Shown here in pieces: positions 44,739 through 56,334 of a stretch of DNA of 64,000 bases. Source of the stretch: Actinomycetes bacterium (GTDB taxonomy: Bacteria; Actinomycetota; Actinomycetes; S36-B12); assembly GCA_024641635.1 (NCBI GenBank), contig JAHECS010000003.1, positions 11,110 through 75,109 of the forward strand. Reading direction: 5' to 3'. The notes beneath the pieces were generated by a model. The model saw nothing but the letters and a program-made list of their open reading frames with translations. It had not been told where the DNA came from and searched no databases. A program made the translations under genes and the position numbers. Within the stretch, counting starts at the first letter, position 1. Every line of letters begins with the position of its first letter.

Positions 44739-47317
44739 TCGACCGCCTCACCGTCGGCCGTGCTCCCGACAGCGTCGCCGCCGTCGGGCACGTCCGTGAC
44801 CGCCTGCTCGGCACCGGACTCGTCGCCCTCCTCGTCCACATCGGACTCACCACCACGGGCAACGGCAACGACGGCGTCGTCCCCCGTGAGGTTCATCAGC
44901 GTGACGCCCATGGTGTCACGCCCGGACGGCCGGACCTCCCCGACACGAGTGCGGATGACCACGCCGTTGGATGCGATGGCGAACAGCTGGTCGTCCTCGT
45001 CGCACACCATGGCGCCCACGAGGGAACCACGGCCCTCGACCAGCTTCATGGCACGCACACCGAGGATTCCTCGGCCCTTGGCTGCCCATTCCTCCACCCT
45101 CGTGCGCTTGGCGAAGCCGCCGTCGGTCACGGTCACGACGTAGGTGCCCGGCCGCACGACGTCCATGGCCAGCAGGTCGTCGTCGCCTCGGAAACGCATG
45201 CCGATGACCCCGCTGGTCGCCCGACCCATCGGCCTCAGCGTCTCGTCGTCGGCAGTGAACCGGGCCGACATCCCCTTGCGCGACACCAGGAGCAGGTCGT
45301 CGGACTCCGACACCAGCTGCGCCGAGATGAGCTCGTCGTCGTCGGAGAGGTTGATGGCGATGATGCCGCCCTGGCGGTTGGAGTCGTACTCACTGAGCCG
45401 GGTCTTCTTGACCAGTCCCTTGCGGGTCGCGAGGACGAGGTAGTCGGCTGTTCCGTAGTCCGGCATCGCCAGCACCTGTGCGATCGCCTCGTCGCCCTGG
45501 AAGGCGAGCAGGTTCGCCACGTGCTGACCCCGCGCGTCACGACCTGAGTCCGGCAGCTGGTAGGCCTTCGCGCGGTAGACCCTGCCCTTGTTGGTGAAGA
45601 ACAGGATCCAGTGGTGCGTCGTGCTGACGAACAGGTGCTCGACGACGTCGTCCTGGCGCAGGGAGGCCCCGCGGACGCCCTTGCCGCCGCGGCGCTGGGA
45701 CCGGTACAGCTCGGACTTCGTGCGCTTCGCGTACCCACCCGACGTGATGGTGACGACGACGTCCTCCTCGGCGATGAGGTCCTCGTCGGCCACGTCGCCG
45801 TCCCACGGGGCGAAGGCCGTACGGCGTTCATCCCCGTACTTCTCCGTGATCTCGGTGAGCTCGGCGGCCACGATCGAGCGCTGGCGCGCCTCGCTGGAGA
45901 GGATGTCGTTGTAGTCCGCGATCCGGGTCATCAACTCCTCGTACTCGTCGATGATCTTCTGCCGCTCGAGCGCCGCAAGGCGGCGAAGCTGCATGTCCAG
46001 GATGGCGGTCGACTGGATCTCGTCGATGTCGAGGAGCTCCATGAGACCCGCCCGAGCATCCTCCACCGTGGCGGAGGCGCGGATGAGGGCGATCACGTCG
46101 TCGAGCGCATCCAGGGCCTTCAGGTACCCGCGCAGGATGTGCGCGCGCTCCTCGGCCTTGCGCAACCGGTAGCGGGTCCGGCGCTGGATGACCTCGATCT
46201 GGTGGGCGACCCAGTACCGGACGAACTGCTCGAGGGTCAGCGTGCGGGGCACGCCGTCCACCAGTGCGAGCATGTTGGCGCCGAAGTTGTCCTGGAGCTG
46301 CGTGTGGCGGTACAGCTGGTTGAGGACCACCTGGGCGACGGCATCGCGCTTGAGCTCGATGATCAGCCGCATGCCCGTGCGCGAGGACGAGTCGTCGCGC
46401 ACGTCGGAGATACCGGTGATCTTGCCCTCGCCGACGAGCTCCGCGATCCGCAGCAGCAGGTTGTCGGGGTTGACCTGGTACGGCAGCTGCGTGACCACGA
46501 GGATCTGCCGCCCGCGCGCGTCCTCGTCGACCTCGACGACCGCCCGCATCGTGATCGAGCCGCGACCGGTGCGGTAGGCGTCGTCGATGCCGCGACGGCC
46601 CACGATCATCGCGCCGGTGGGGAAGTCTGGCCCGGAGATGCGCTCCATGAGCGCGGCGAGCCGCTCCTCGCGATCGGCCTCGGGGTTCTCCAGCAGCCAC
46701 AGGGCACCGGAGGCCACCTCGCGGAGGTTGTGCGGAGGGATGTTCGTCGCCATGCCGACGGCGATGCCGGAGCTGCCGTTGACCAGCAGGTTCGGGAACC
46801 TGGCGGGCAGGACCAGCGGCTCGAGCGTGCGGCCGTCGTAGTTCGGTCCGAAGTCGACCGTCTCCTCGTCGATGTCCCGGACCATCTCCATGGCCAGCGG
46901 AGCCATCCGGCACTCCGTGTAGCGCTGGGCGGCCGGCGGGTCGTTCCCCGGCGAGCCGAAGTTGCCCTGGCCCTGCACGAGCGGATACCGCAGCGACCAT
47001 GGCTGTGCCAGGCGGACGAGGGCGTCGTAGATGGCACTGTCGCCGTGCGGGTGGTAGCTGCCCATGACGTCGCCGACGACCCGGGCGCTCTTGGAGAAGT
47101 TGCGGTCGGGGCGGTAGCCGCCGTCGTACATCGCGTAGATCACGCGGCGGTGTACCGGCTTCAGTCCGTCGCGGACGTCCGGGAGTGCACGCGACACGAT
47201 GACGGACATCGAGTAGTCCAGGTACGACCGCTGCATCTCGGTCTGGAGGTCGACCGGATCGATGCGTCCGTGCGGGCCGTGGTCCACCACGTCCTCGGTG
47301 TCGATGTCGTCAGCCAC
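44735..47317 (-). CDS. gyrA: DNA gyrase subunit A
   Basis: [30 protein letters not shown] (catalytic Tyr), GyrA-box QRRGGKG. Confidence 0.97.
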   Translation of the reverse strand: MADDIDTEDVVDHGPHGRIDPVDLQTEMQRSYLDYSMSVIVSRALPDVRDGLKPVHRRVIYAMYDGGYRPDRNFSKSARVVGDVMGSYHPHGDSAIYDALVRLAQPWSLRYPLVQGQGNFGSPGNDPPAAQRYTECRMAPLAMEMVRDIDEETVDFGPNYDGRTLEPLVLPARFPNLLVNGSSGIAVGMATNIPPHNLREVASGALWLLENPEADREERLAALMERISGPDFPTGAMIVGRRGIDDAYRTGRGSITMRAVVEVDEDARGRQILVVTQLPYQVNPDNLLLRIAELVGEGKITGISDVRDDSSSRTGMRLIIELKRDAVAQVVLNQLYRHTQLQDNFGANMLALVDGVPRTLTLEQFVRYWVAHQIEVIQRRTRYRLRKAEERAHILRGYLKALDALDDVIALIRASATVEDARAGLMELLDIDEIQSTAILDMQLRRLAALERQKIIDEYEELMTRIADYNDILSSEARQRSIVAAELTEITEKYGDERRTAFAPWDGDVADEDLIAEEDVVVTITSGGYAKRTKSELYRSQRRGGKGVRGASLRQDDVVEHLFVSTTHHWILFFTNKGRVYRAKAYQLPDSGRDARGQHVANLLAFQGDEAIAQVLAMPDYGTADYLVLATRKGLVKKTRLSEYDSNRQGGIIAINLSDDDELISAQLVSESDDLLLVSRKGMSARFTADDETLRPMGRATSGVIGMRFRGDDDLLAMDVVRPGTYVVTVTDGGFAKRTRVEEWAAKGRGILGVRAMKLVEGRGSLVGAMVCDEDDQLFAIASNGVVIRTRVGEVRPSGRDTMGVTLMNLTGDDAVVAVARGGESDVDEEGDESGAEQAVTDVPDGGDAVGSTADGEAVE

Positions 47318-47365
47318 GAGGGGCCTCCATCTGTCGTTGGTGCATTGGTCGGTGGCCGGTCGTGG

Positions 47366-49330
47366 CTAGATGTCGAGGAAGCGCACGTCGCGGGCGTTCT
47401 GCTGGATGAAGTTGCGTCGGGACTCGACGTCCTCACCCATGAGGACGCTGAACATCTCGTCGGCCTGGGCGGCGTCGTCGATGGTGACCCGCTGCAGGAT
47501 GCGTCGCGCCGGGTCCATCGTGGTCTCCCAGAGCTCGTCGGCATTCATCTCGCCGAGGCCCTTGTACCGCTGGATGGCCTCCTCCTTCGGCAGGCGGCGG
47601 CCGGCTGCGAGACCAGCCTCCATCAGCGCCTCGCGTTCGCGCTCGGTGTAGGCGAAGTCGGCCACCTCACGCGACCACTTGATCTTGTACAGCGGCGGCT
47701 GGGCGAGGTAGACGTAGCCCTGCTCCACCAACGGCTTCATGAAGCGGAACAGCAGGGTCAGCAGCAGCGTGCGGATGTGCTGGCCGTCGACATCGGCGTC
47801 GGCCATGAGCACGACCTTGTGGTAGCGCAGCCGGTTGATGTCGAACTCGTCCTGGATGCCGGTACCGAAGGCAGAGATGAGGGCCTGCACCTCGTTGTTC
47901 TGCAGGACCTTGTCGATGCGCGCCTTCTCGACATTGATGATCTTTCCGCGGATGGGCAGGATCGCCTGGGTTCGCGGATCGCGGCCCTGACGGGCCGACC
48001 CCCCCGCCGAGTCGCCCTCGACGATGAAGACCTCGCACTCCTCCGGCTCGCGACTGGAGCAGTCGATCAGCTTGCCGGGCATCCCCGCGCCACCGAGCAG
48101 GCCCTTGCGGTTGCGGGCGAGGTCGCGAGCCTTGCGGGCGGCGATGCGCGCCGTGGCAGCGTTGACCGACTTGCGGGCGATCTCCTTGCCCTCTGCCGGG
48201 TTCTTCTCGAGCCACTCGCCGAGCTGGTCGTTGACGACCTTCTGGACGAAGGTCTTCATCTCCGTGTTGCCCAGCTTGGCCTTGGTCTGCCCCTCGAACT
48301 GGGGCTCGGCCATCTTGACGCTCACGATCGCCGTGAGTCCCTCGCGGATGTCGTCACCGCTGAGGTTCGGGTCCTTCTCCTTGAGGATGTTCCACTCGCG
48401 CGCGAACTTGTTCATCAGCGACGTCAGCGCCGCACGGAAGCCCTCCTCATGGGTGCCCCCCTCGGTGGTGTTGATCGTGTTCGCGAACGTGTACACCGAC
48501 TCTGCGTAGGTGTTGTTCCACTGCATCGCGATCTCAGCGCTCATCCGCTTGTCGTCGGACTCGCTCTCGATGTCGATGACGCTGGGGTTCGCCACCCCCT
48601 TGCTGGCATTGATGTGGGCGACGAAGTCCGCGATGCCGCCGTCGTAGTGATACATCACCCGGCGCACCTGCTCGACCTCGTCGGCGTCCTCGAGGACCGT
48701 CTCGCTGACGTGAACGCGCTCGTCGATGAGTTCCAGGGAAAGGCCCTTGTTGAGGAAGGCCATCTCCTGGAAGCGCCGGGCGAGGGTCGTGAAGTCGTAG
48801 TGCGTGGTCTCGAAGATGACGTCGTCGGCCCAGAACGTGACGACCGTGCCGGTGTGGTCGGTGGGCTCCTCCTTGGCGAGCGGGGCCTGGGGGACCCCGT
48901 GCACGTAGGACTGCCGGAAGACGTGCCCCTCGCGGCGCACCTCCACGTTGAGCCGGGTGGAGAGGGCATTCACGACGGAGACGCCCACGCCGTGCAGGCC
49001 GCCGGACACCGAGTAGCCACTGCCGCCGAACTTGCCACCGGCGTGGAGGACGGTCAGCACCACCTCGACGGCCGGCTTGCCCTCGCTCTCCACGATGTCG
49101 ACCGGGATCCCGCGCCCGTCGTCCACGACGCGAACGCCACCGTCGGACAGAAGGGTCACCGTGATGGTCGAGGCGTAGCCCGCCATGGCCTCGTCGACCG
49201 AGTTGTCGACCACCTCGTACACGAGGTGGTGCAGACCCCGCTCGCCGGTGGATCCGATGTACATGCCGGGGCGCTTGCGGACCGCGTCCAGGCCTTCCAG
49301 AACCGTGATCGCGCTGGCGTCATAGGACAC
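47366..49330 (-). CDS. gyrB: DNA gyrase subunit B
   Basis: [56 protein letters not shown]; GGAGG RBS before GTG. Confidence 0.97.
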   Translation of the reverse strand: MSYDASAITVLEGLDAVRKRPGMYIGSTGERGLHHLVYEVVDNSVDEAMAGYASTITVTLLSDGGVRVVDDGRGIPVDIVESEGKPAVEVVLTVLHAGGKFGGSGYSVSGGLHGVGVSVVNALSTRLNVEVRREGHVFRQSYVHGVPQAPLAKEEPTDHTGTVVTFWADDVIFETTHYDFTTLARRFQEMAFLNKGLSLELIDERVHVSETVLEDADEVEQVRRVMYHYDGGIADFVAHINASKGVANPSVIDIESESDDKRMSAEIAMQWNNTYAESVYTFANTINTTEGGTHEEGFRAALTSLMNKFAREWNILKEKDPNLSGDDIREGLTAIVSVKMAEPQFEGQTKAKLGNTEMKTFVQKVVNDQLGEWLEKNPAEGKEIARKSVNAATARIAARKARDLARNRKGLLGGAGMPGKLIDCSSREPEECEVFIVEGDSAGGSARQGRDPRTQAILPIRGKIINVEKARIDKVLQNNEVQALISAFGTGIQDEFDINRLRYHKVVLMADADVDGQHIRTLLLTLLFRFMKPLVEQGYVYLAQPPLYKIKWSREVADFAYTEREREALMEAGLAAGRRLPKEEAIQRYKGLGEMNADELWETTMDPARRILQRVTIDDAAQADEMFSVLMGEDVESRRNFIQQNARDVRFLDI

Positions 49331-49391
49331 GGCTGGCGGGCCTCCTCGGGGGAACGGAACACCGCCGGCTGCGGGTTCGGTCGATTCCGTC

Positions 49392-49420
49392 AGTCTACCT
49401 GTTCGCCCGGACATCGAATG
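49392..49420 (-). promoter_or_regulatory. Putative gyrB promoter
   Basis: GGTAGACT -10 element (TAGACT at 49392-49397) upstream of gyrB; -35 weak. Confidence 0.45.
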
Positions 49421-49526
49421 CCACGCCACGGGGCATGGGGGCCGATTTCAGCCAACGACCCCCCCACCCATGACCAGCCATACGGAATTACGGCACTAGC
49501 GTGGCCCAGATGCCTTCACGGGCCTT

Positions 49527-50003
49527 CTAGCCATACGTATCGCGTGGTCCGCGACCCTTGACGCGACGTGGCCCGGCCCCCCACGAGGGTGCCTGCGGTC
49601 CCCTGATCCTGATCGCCCGGACCACCCCCGCGCCGATGCGGTCATCGACCGCCCGGTGGACCTGGGGAAGCAGCAGCCGCACCTGGGTCGCCCAGGTCGT
49701 CGACTCGGCCTGGAGCACGAGCTCACCCTCGGCGAAGGACACCGGAACGACGTGCTCGGCGAGATCCTCGCCGACGATCTGCGACCACTGCCCCATGAGC
49801 GTGGCCACTGCCGACTGGTCCTGCCACCCCTGATCGCGAACGAGCCCGTCGAGGGCCTCGGCAAGCGGCTGCGGATCCCGGGAGCCGGACGAAGGAGCGC
49901 CCGACCGGCGACCCTGCCCCTTCTTCGCGCGGGGCGTGGAACGGGTCGCACGCCTGAGTGCGGCCGAGGCCGCCTCGGCCGCGGGATCGACCGGCTCAGC
50001 CAT
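49527..50003 (-). CDS. DUF721/DciA family protein
   Basis: RDPQPL, WSQIVG, AESTTWATQ, VKGRGPRDTYG; position between recF and gyrB. Confidence 0.9.
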   Translation of the reverse strand: MAEPVDPAAEAASAALRRATRSTPRAKKGQGRRSGAPSSGSRDPQPLAEALDGLVRDQGWQDQSAVATLMGQWSQIVGEDLAEHVVPVSFAEGELVLQAESTTWATQVRLLLPQVHRAVDDRIGAGVVRAIRIRGPQAPSWGAGPRRVKGRGPRDTYG

Positions 50004-51138
50004 CCGACACCGTCCCCCGGCTGACGACGAGGCGTCGTCCGTCCAGCTCAGCAGGGACATCCTCGACGACAGCCGCAGTCAGCAGGACCTGGGTGCCCTG
50101 GGCCACTCGCTCGCTGAGACGTCTCCGCCGCACGGTGTCGAGCTCCGCGAAGACGTCGTCGAGGATGAGCACCGGATCCTCTCCATCCGACCTGAGGACC
50201 TCGAGACTGGCGAGGCGCAGCCCGAGCGCGATGGACCACGACTCCCCGTGCGACGCGAACCCCCGCGCCGGCAGATCACCGAGGCTCAGGAGCATGTCAT
50301 CGCGGTGCGGGCCGACGAGTGTCACTCCACGGTCCAGCTCGTCCTTCCGCCGTCGCTCGATGCCGACAAGCAGGGCGTCCTGCCACACCTGCCGATCGGT
50401 GGACGGCTCGACCTCGGGACCAAGCGCGGACACGTACGTGGCACCCACATCGGATGAGCTCACCGCCTCGGCTCCGCCGGCGATGAGCGCGTAGGCATCG
50501 ACCAGGTGCGGACGAAGGAGGTTCAGGAGGGCGACGCGTGCCGCCACGATCTCTCCGCCCGCCTGGGCAAGCTGCTCGTCCCAGACCTGAAGCGTTCTGG
50601 TGATCTCGTCGATTCCCGCCCGCCGGGCCGCGCCCGACGACTTCAGAAGTGCGTTGCGCTGCTTGAGGATTCGCTCGTAGTCAGTCTTGACGCCCTGCAT
50701 CCGCGGGTTGCGCTGCACGAGCAGTTCGTCGAGGTAGCGGCGACGATCCGACGGGTCGCCCTTGACCAGTGCCAGGTCCTCCGGAGCGAACACCACCGTA
50801 TGCAGGATCCCCAGGACGTCGCGGGCCCTCGTCACGGTCGACCGGTTGACGCGTGCCCGGTTGGCGCGACCCGGGTTGATCTCCAGCTCGATGACCATGG
50901 TGCGGGTGTCGCGCGTGACGTCGACGCCGATGATCGCGCGCTCGGCTCCCGATCGGACCAACGGCGCATCCGACGCAACCCGATGGCTACCGAGCATCGA
51001 GGCGTAGGCGACCGCCTCGACCAGATTCGTCTTGCCCTGGCCGTTCTGCCCGACGAACGTCGTGACGCCTGGCGTCAGGCTGATATCCGCGGACTCATAC
51101 GACCGGAAGTCGGTGAGTCGCAGCCCCGCCACCCACAC
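49996..51138 (-). CDS. recF: DNA replication/repair protein RecF
   Basis: DFRSY, GQNGQGKTN, KQRNALLK, GPHRDD, SHGE, LDDVFAELD. Confidence 0.96.
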   Translation of the reverse strand: MWVAGLRLTDFRSYESADISLTPGVTTFVGQNGQGKTNLVEAVAYASMLGSHRVASDAPLVRSGAERAIIGVDVTRDTRTMVIELEINPGRANRARVNRSTVTRARDVLGILHTVVFAPEDLALVKGDPSDRRRYLDELLVQRNPRMQGVKTDYERILKQRNALLKSSGAARRAGIDEITRTLQVWDEQLAQAGGEIVAARVALLNLLRPHLVDAYALIAGGAEAVSSSDVGATYVSALGPEVEPSTDRQVWQDALLVGIERRRKDELDRGVTLVGPHRDDMLLSLGDLPARGFASHGESWSIALGLRLASLEVLRSDGEDPVLILDDVFAELDTVRRRRLSERVAQGTQVLLTAAVVEDVPAELDGRRLVVSRGTVSDG

Positions 51139-51143
51139 GCGAC

Positions 51144-52274
51144 TCAGCCGGTGAGCCGGACGGGCATCAGGAGGTACTTGTAGTCGTCGATGGACTGCTG
51201 CTCCTTGTCGACCGCCGTGAGAACGGCAGGTCGGGTCGCCTGAGTGAAGGAGAACCGGGTCGACTCCGATCCGGTGGCGGCAAGGCCGTCGAGCAGGTAG
51301 GCGGGGTTGAAGGCGATGTCGATCGCGTCGCCCTCGAGACCGCACTCGATGGCCTCGACGGCCTGGGCGTCGTCTCCGGCCCCGGCACGCAGGGTCAGCT
51401 CCGAGCCCTCGAATGCCAGGCGCACGGGGGTGTTGCGCTCCGCGACGAGGGCGACACGCTTCACGGCGTCCATCAGCATGGCCGTCTCGACAGTGGCGAT
51501 CGCAGCCGACTCGGTCGGGAGCAGCGATCGGTACTTGGGGAACTCGCCGTCGAGCAGCCGGGTCGTCGTCCGGCGACCGTGACCCTCGAAGCCGATGAGG
51601 CCCTCACCCGCGCCACCCGACGAGAGTGCGATGACGACGTCATCCACGTCTGCGAGCGACTTGGCGGTGTCCGCGAGCGTTCGTGCCGGGACCAGGGCAT
51701 GCGCCGAGATCGCCGGACTCTGCGGGCTCCAGGCGAACTCGCGTACGGCCAGGCGGTAGCGATCCGTGGCTGCAAGCACGATGCCGGCACCCTCGATCTC
51801 CATGCGTATGCCCGTGAGCGTCGGCAGGGTGTCGTCACGCCCCGCTGCGATGGCGACCTGGGCGACGGCGGCCGCGAAGGCAGGTCCGGACACCTCACCG
51901 GAAGCGGTCGGCATGACAGGCAGTTGCGGGTAGTCCTCGACAGGCAGGGTCGGCAGGGTGAACGACGACCGCCCACAGGTGATCGAGATCCTCGTGCCCT
52001 CGCTCTCGATGGTGACCGGAGCCGGCGGCAGGGAACGGGCGATATCAGCGAGGAGGCGACCAGACACCAGGGCGACACCCTCGGTGGCGACATCCGCGTC
52101 GATCTCGACGCGTCCGGAAACCTCGTAGTCGAAGCTGCTCAGGGTCAGGCCGTCGTCGCTCGCCGACAGGACGAGTCCGGCGAGGACCGGAAGGGAAGGT
52201 CGGGAGGGCAAAGTCCGTGCCGCCCATGCAACCGAGTCCGCGAGCACGTCGCGCTCGACCCGTAGCTTCACCAT
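51144..52274 (-). CDS. dnaN: DNA polymerase III beta clamp
   Basis: SFDYEVS, ATDRYRLA, RLLDGEFPKY, FNPAYL, YLLMPVR. Confidence 0.96.
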   Translation of the reverse strand: MVKLRVERDVLADSVAWAARTLPSRPSLPVLAGLVLSASDDGLTLSSFDYEVSGRVEIDADVATEGVALVSGRLLADIARSLPPAPVTIESEGTRISITCGRSSFTLPTLPVEDYPQLPVMPTASGEVSGPAFAAAVAQVAIAAGRDDTLPTLTGIRMEIEGAGIVLAATDRYRLAVREFAWSPQSPAISAHALVPARTLADTAKSLADVDDVVIALSSGGAGEGLIGFEGHGRRTTTRLLDGEFPKYRSLLPTESAAIATVETAMLMDAVKRVALVAERNTPVRLAFEGSELTLRAGAGDDAQAVEAIECGLEGDAIDIAFNPAYLLDGLAATGSESTRFSFTQATRPAVLTAVDKEQQSIDDYKYLLMPVRLTG

Positions 52275-52771
52275 GTCCTCCAGTTCACCAGATGAGGCGT
52301 CAGTCTTACAGGAAACAACGCGCTTGGCCTAGCAGGGTCCGAACCCGGGTGTTGGAGGAGGCGTCGGACTATCCACTGAAGGCAGGCTGGTTGTGGTTCG
52401 TCATCGATCATGCAGGTAGGTGTAGTCATCGTCATAGGTCCTGTGGACACGGTGGATAACTGAGCTTTCCGCTGGGTGACAGGCGTGTCGCCACCAGCAG
52501 GGGCTGGGGACAGACGGGGGCGGTCCTGTGGGCGTCTGTGGACGACCGACGCACGTCGATGATGCCTGCCGCCCGAGTCGGTCGTCTGTCCCCAGTCGCG
52601 GTGGATGGAGGGGTACGTATGAGCACGTTTATCCACAGGATGTACACGTCATGGGGAAAGCACCCGCCCTGGACGGTGGGACCAGCCCGAACCGAGAAGT
52701 TATCCACAAGTGTGGACAGTGTGGGGACAGACTGATCAACCGAGATAAGTGTGACAGGAGAGTCACACGGG
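52275..52771. other. oriC: Chromosomal replication origin oriC (dnaA-dnaN intergenic region)
   Basis: Perfect TTATCCACA at 52629 and 52700; variant boxes at 52442, 52451, 52537, 52586, 52652, 52711, 52722; DnaA-trio-like run at 52422-52436. Confidence 0.92.
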
Positions 52772-54208
52772 TCACATGGTTCGGGGTTGAGACTTGATCC
52801 GGCTGGTGAGATCGGTGACCTGGTTGAACAGGCTGCGGCGCTCGGCCATGAGCTGCCGGATCTTCCGGTCGGCGTGCATCACGGTGGTGTGGTCGCGCCC
52901 ACCGAATGCCTGACCGATCTTGGGCAGGGACAGGTCCGTCAGCTCGCGGCACAGGTACATGGCGATCTGACGGGCAGTGACGAGCACACGTGACCGGCTG
53001 GAGCCGCACAGGTCGTCGACGGTGACACCGAAGTACTGGGCTGTGGCGGCCATGATCTGCGCCGCGGTGATCTCGGGTCCGGTGTCCGAGGGCAGCAGGT
53101 CCTTGAGCACGACCTCCGTGATCGCGAGGTCCACGGGCTGGCGATTCAGGGATGCGAACGCGGTGACGCGGATGAGGGCGCCCTCCAACTCCCTGATGTT
53201 GCTGGAGATCTTGGAGGCGATGAACTCGAGTACCTCCGGGGGAGCGACCAAGCGCTCCTGGAGGGTCTTCTTGCGGAGGATCGCGATCCTGGTCTCGAGG
53301 TCCGGGGGCTGGACGTCGGTGATGAGGCCCCACTCGAACCGCGAGCGCATGCGGTCCTCGAAGTCCGGCAGCTGCTTCGGTGGCAGGTCGGACGTGACGA
53401 CGATCTGCTTGTTCGCGTTGTGCAGGGTGTTGAAGGTATGAAAAAACTCTTCCTGGGTCTGGACTTTCCCGCTAAGGAACTGGATGTCGTCGACGAGGAG
53501 CACATCCACATCGCGATAGCGGCGCTGGAAGCTCGCAGCCTTGTCGTCACGGATGCTGTTGATGAACTCGTTGGTGAACTCCTCCGAGCTCACGTAGCGG
53601 ACACGGGTGCCCTTGTAGAGAGTGCGCGTGTAATGGCCGATCGCGTGGAGGAGGTGCGTCTTCCCGAGACCCGAGCCGCCGTAGATGAACAGCGGGTTGT
53701 AGGCACGGGCCGGCTGCTCCGCGACGGCGACCGCCGCCGCGTGGGCGAAGCGGTTGCTGGAGCCGATGACGAAGGTCTCGAAGGTGTACTTGTCGTTGAG
53801 CCGGCCGTCCTCGCTGCGGGTGCCGGGCGAGCCGGTGCCGGGTCGAGGGGAGTCGTCGCGCCGCTCCGCGACCGGAGGGGGCTGACCCTGGCTGTCGGCG
53901 TACGTGGCGTCGGCCACCTCGTCGGTGGTCTCATCGAGCGCGGGGTCGATGGACGGGTCGACCGTGACGGCCAGTCGGATCTCGCGGCCGAGGGTCGCCG
54001 ACAGGGCCTCGACGACCATCGGCCGTAGTCGCGTCTCGAGGACGTCCTTCGTGAACTCGTTGGGGGCAGCGATGAGCGCGGTGTCCTCGACCAGGCCCAT
54101 GGGCCTGGTGAGGTTGACGAAGGCGCGTTGCTGAGGAGTCAGGCTGCCGTCGGCGAGGCTGCTGATGGCAGTGGCCCACACTTCGGCGAGGTCCCCGGAC
54201 GTGTCCAC
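52772..54208 (-). CDS. dnaA: Chromosomal replication initiator DnaA
   Basis: [61 protein letters not shown]; GAAGGGG RBS before GTG. Confidence 0.97.
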   Translation of the reverse strand: MDTSGDLAEVWATAISSLADGSLTPQQRAFVNLTRPMGLVEDTALIAAPNEFTKDVLETRLRPMVVEALSATLGREIRLAVTVDPSIDPALDETTDEVADATYADSQGQPPPVAERRDDSPRPGTGSPGTRSEDGRLNDKYTFETFVIGSSNRFAHAAAVAVAEQPARAYNPLFIYGGSGLGKTHLLHAIGHYTRTLYKGTRVRYVSSEEFTNEFINSIRDDKAASFQRRYRDVDVLLVDDIQFLSGKVQTQEEFFHTFNTLHNANKQIVVTSDLPPKQLPDFEDRMRSRFEWGLITDVQPPDLETRIAILRKKTLQERLVAPPEVLEFIASKISSNIRELEGALIRVTAFASLNRQPVDLAITEVVLKDLLPSDTGPEITAAQIMAATAQYFGVTVDDLCGSSRSRVLVTARQIAMYLCRELTDLSLPKIGQAFGGRDHTTVMHADRKIRQLMAERRSLFNQVTDLTSRIKSQPRTM

Positions 54209-54230
54209 GTATCCCCTTCGTGTCAGCAAT

Positions 54231-54251
54231 CTGTCCACATGATTATCCACA
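54231..54251. promoter_or_regulatory. DnaA boxes upstream of dnaA (autoregulatory)
   Basis: CTGTCCACA at 54231 and TTATCCACA at 54243. Confidence 0.8.
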
Positions 54252-54345
54252 GGTACGAGTCGCTCGGCGACCATAGCCAGATTGTCGGGACTCCGACAAG
54301 TGCGTCTCCACAGCCGGTCGGGGAAGGGCGGTGGGAGTGGCCGGT

Positions 54346-54375
54346 TTGACCGTGCTCATGGCGGGTCCGTAGTCT
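54346..54375 (+). promoter_or_regulatory. Housekeeping-sigma promoter of the rpmH operon
   Basis: TTGACC-N18-TAGTCT. Confidence 0.7.
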
Positions 54376-54442
54376 TGGACGTCCTGCCACCGAGCGATCG
54401 GGGCGGATTCGACTTCCCCGCACACTGTCCAGGAGCCAGACC

Positions 54443-54577
54443 ATGAAGCGCACGTTCCAGCCCAACACCCGCCGGCGGGCCAAGACCCACGGTTTCCGGG
54501 CCCGGATGCGGACGCGCGCCGGTCGCTCCATCCTCGCCGCCCGCCGCACCAAGGGCCGCGAGCGACTGTCTGCCTGA
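54443..54577 (+). CDS. rpmH: 50S ribosomal protein L34
   Basis: [44 protein letters not shown]; AGGAG RBS; below the ORF-track size cutoff. Confidence 0.97.
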   Translation: MKRTFQPNTRRRAKTHGFRARMRTRAGRSILAARRTKGRERLSA

Positions 54578-54583
54578 TCAGGC

Positions 54584-54928
54584 ATGCTCCCGCCGGCCAA
54601 TCGGATGCGGGCCGCGGCTGATTTCACCACCACCACCCGTCGCGGTCGCAAGGTGACGCGCGGGACGGTGGTCGTCTACCTGGACGTCGACCCCGACGAC
54701 ACGCGCACTCCGTTGGCCGGACTCATCGTCGGCAAGGCCGTCGGAGGGTCCGTGGCACGTCATCGTGCCGCCCGCCGGATTCGTGCCGCCCTCGCTCCGG
54801 TGCTCCACGACCTCCCCCGAGGCGGTCGAGTGGTCGTGCGGGCGCTCAAGGGGTCGGACACCGACCCGCAGCTGGCCGACTCGGTGCGCGCGGCGATCGC
54901 GTCCGCGAGGGCTCGGAGCAGCACGTGA
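54584..54928 (+). CDS. rnpA: RNase P protein component
   Basis: MLPPANRMR...DF, VGKAVGGSVARHRAARRIR, VVRAL. Confidence 0.9.
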   Translation: MLPPANRMRAAADFTTTTRRGRKVTRGTVVVYLDVDPDDTRTPLAGLIVGKAVGGSVARHRAARRIRAALAPVLHDLPRGGRVVVRALKGSDTDPQLADSVRAAIASARARSST

Positions 54929-55296
54929 TGGCGTCGGCAACGCGTCGGGCAGGGAATCACGTGCTCTGGGCCTGGGATCACTCGATCGGCTGGCTCCTCA
55001 TGTGGGCACTCATCCTGCCGATCCGCGGCTACCAGATCCTGATCTCGCCGCTGACTCCCCCGACCTGCCGCTTCCACCCGAGCTGCTCGGCGTATGCGGT
55101 GGAGTCGTTGCGGACCCACGGAGCGATCAAGGGATTCATCCTCGGGACCTGGCGGGTGCTCAGGTGCAACCCGTGGAACAGTGGTGGACTGGACCCCGTA
55201 CCGTCGCGCGGCCGCTGGAAGCCGGACGTGCTGGCGGACGGCGAACAACGGCATGGAACGATGAGCTCTCACGGTTCCTCGGGCACGAACGTCTAG
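54928..55296 (+). CDS. yidD: Membrane protein insertion efficiency factor
   Basis: YQILISP...CRFHPSCSAYA...RCNPW...GGLDPVP. Confidence 0.93.
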   Translation: MASATRRAGNHVLWAWDHSIGWLLMWALILPIRGYQILISPLTPPTCRFHPSCSAYAVESLRTHGAIKGFILGTWRVLRCNPWNSGGLDPVPSRGRWKPDVLADGEQRHGTMSSHGSSGTNV

Positions 55297-55314
55297 GAAG
55301 GCCTCCCACCCGAC

Positions 55315-56280
55315 ATGTTCATTCTCGACTGGCTGAAGGACGGCGTGAGCTGGATCCTCGTCCAGTTCCACCAGATCCTCAGCAACGTCCTGGGCATGAA
55401 CCCGGACAGTGGCTGGACGTGGGCCTTCGCCATCGTCGGGCTCGTCATCGTCATCCGCATCGTCCTCATCCCGCTGTTCGTGAAGCAGATCAAGGCACAG
55501 CGGGGCCTGCAGCTGATCCAGCCGCAGATGAAGGAGATCCAGAAGAAGTACGCCGGCGACAAGGAACGTCAGTCGCAAGAGATGATGAAGCTGTACAAGG
55601 AGACGGGCACGAACCCGCTCTCCTCGTGCCTGCCGATCATCTTGCAGGCGCCGATCTTCTTCGCCCTCTTCGGTGTGCTCCAGGGCGTGGCCCAGTACAA
55701 CCCGGCGGATCCGAACTACGTCCCGCCAGGCGTTTTCTCGTGGGATCAGTACGCGGGTCTGGCCGCCTCGATGCACGATGCGCAGATCTTCGGTGTGCCG
55801 TTGTACGCCACGTTCATGCACGCCGACGAGACGCCCAACCCGATCAACACCCGAATCCTGGCGCTGGTGATGATCGCGCTGATGACCACGACGACGTTCA
55901 TCACGCAGCGCCAGTTGATCGTCAAGAACAGTGCGCCGGACAACCCGATGGTGCGCCAGCAGAAGATCCTGCTCTACGTGTTCCCGGTGATCTTCGCGGT
56001 CTCCGGCATCAACTTCCCGATCGGTGTGCTCATCTACTGGTTCACCACGAACCTGTGGTCGATGGGTCAGCAGTTCTGGGTGATCCGCAACAACCCCCAA
56101 CCCGGCACCCCAGCCTTCGAGGCCAGGGAGGCGCGCCGGGCGGCCAAGGCGGCTCGCAAGGGAGCCCCGGCGATCGAGTCGATCCCGGACGAGTCTGGGG
56201 AAGTTACCGACACTGAGTCGGGAACACCGGAGCGGCAGCAGCCGAAGCGGACCTCGAGAAGCCAACGCAAGAAGAAGTGA
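55315..56280 (+). CDS. yidC: Membrane protein insertase
   Basis: IRIVLIPLFVKQIK, NPLSSCLPIILQAPIF, IYWFTTNLWSMGQQ. Confidence 0.94.
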   Translation: MFILDWLKDGVSWILVQFHQILSNVLGMNPDSGWTWAFAIVGLVIVIRIVLIPLFVKQIKAQRGLQLIQPQMKEIQKKYAGDKERQSQEMMKLYKETGTNPLSSCLPIILQAPIFFALFGVLQGVAQYNPADPNYVPPGVFSWDQYAGLAASMHDAQIFGVPLYATFMHADETPNPINTRILALVMIALMTTTTFITQRQLIVKNSAPDNPMVRQQKILLYVFPVIFAVSGINFPIGVLIYWFTTNLWSMGQQFWVIRNNPQPGTPAFEAREARRAAKAARKGAPAIESIPDESGEVTDTESGTPERQQPKRTSRSQRKKK

Positions 56281-56334
56281 CCTTCCTCGTGCCGAGGATG
56301 GCCCCGGCACCGGACCTGACAACGGAGAGATGCG

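Noticed and set aside
49331-49526. Riboswitch or ncRNA upstream of gyrB; short AGCCATACG duplication
   Set aside because: No recognisable RNA family motif; a 9-bp repeat is too weak to support a claim.
45611-49561. 1316-aa plus-strand ORF
   Set aside because: Antisense shadow of gyrA/gyrB caused by high-GC codon bias; no recognisable motifs.
52268-52797. Short ORFs in the dnaA-dnaN gap
   Set aside because: The region is oriC; the peptides (LSTVST, YPQ, VDN) are translations of DnaA boxes.
44735-54208. Inteins or introns in gyrA, gyrB, dnaN or dnaA
   Set aside because: Lengths are normal, motifs are contiguous, and no splice motifs were seen.
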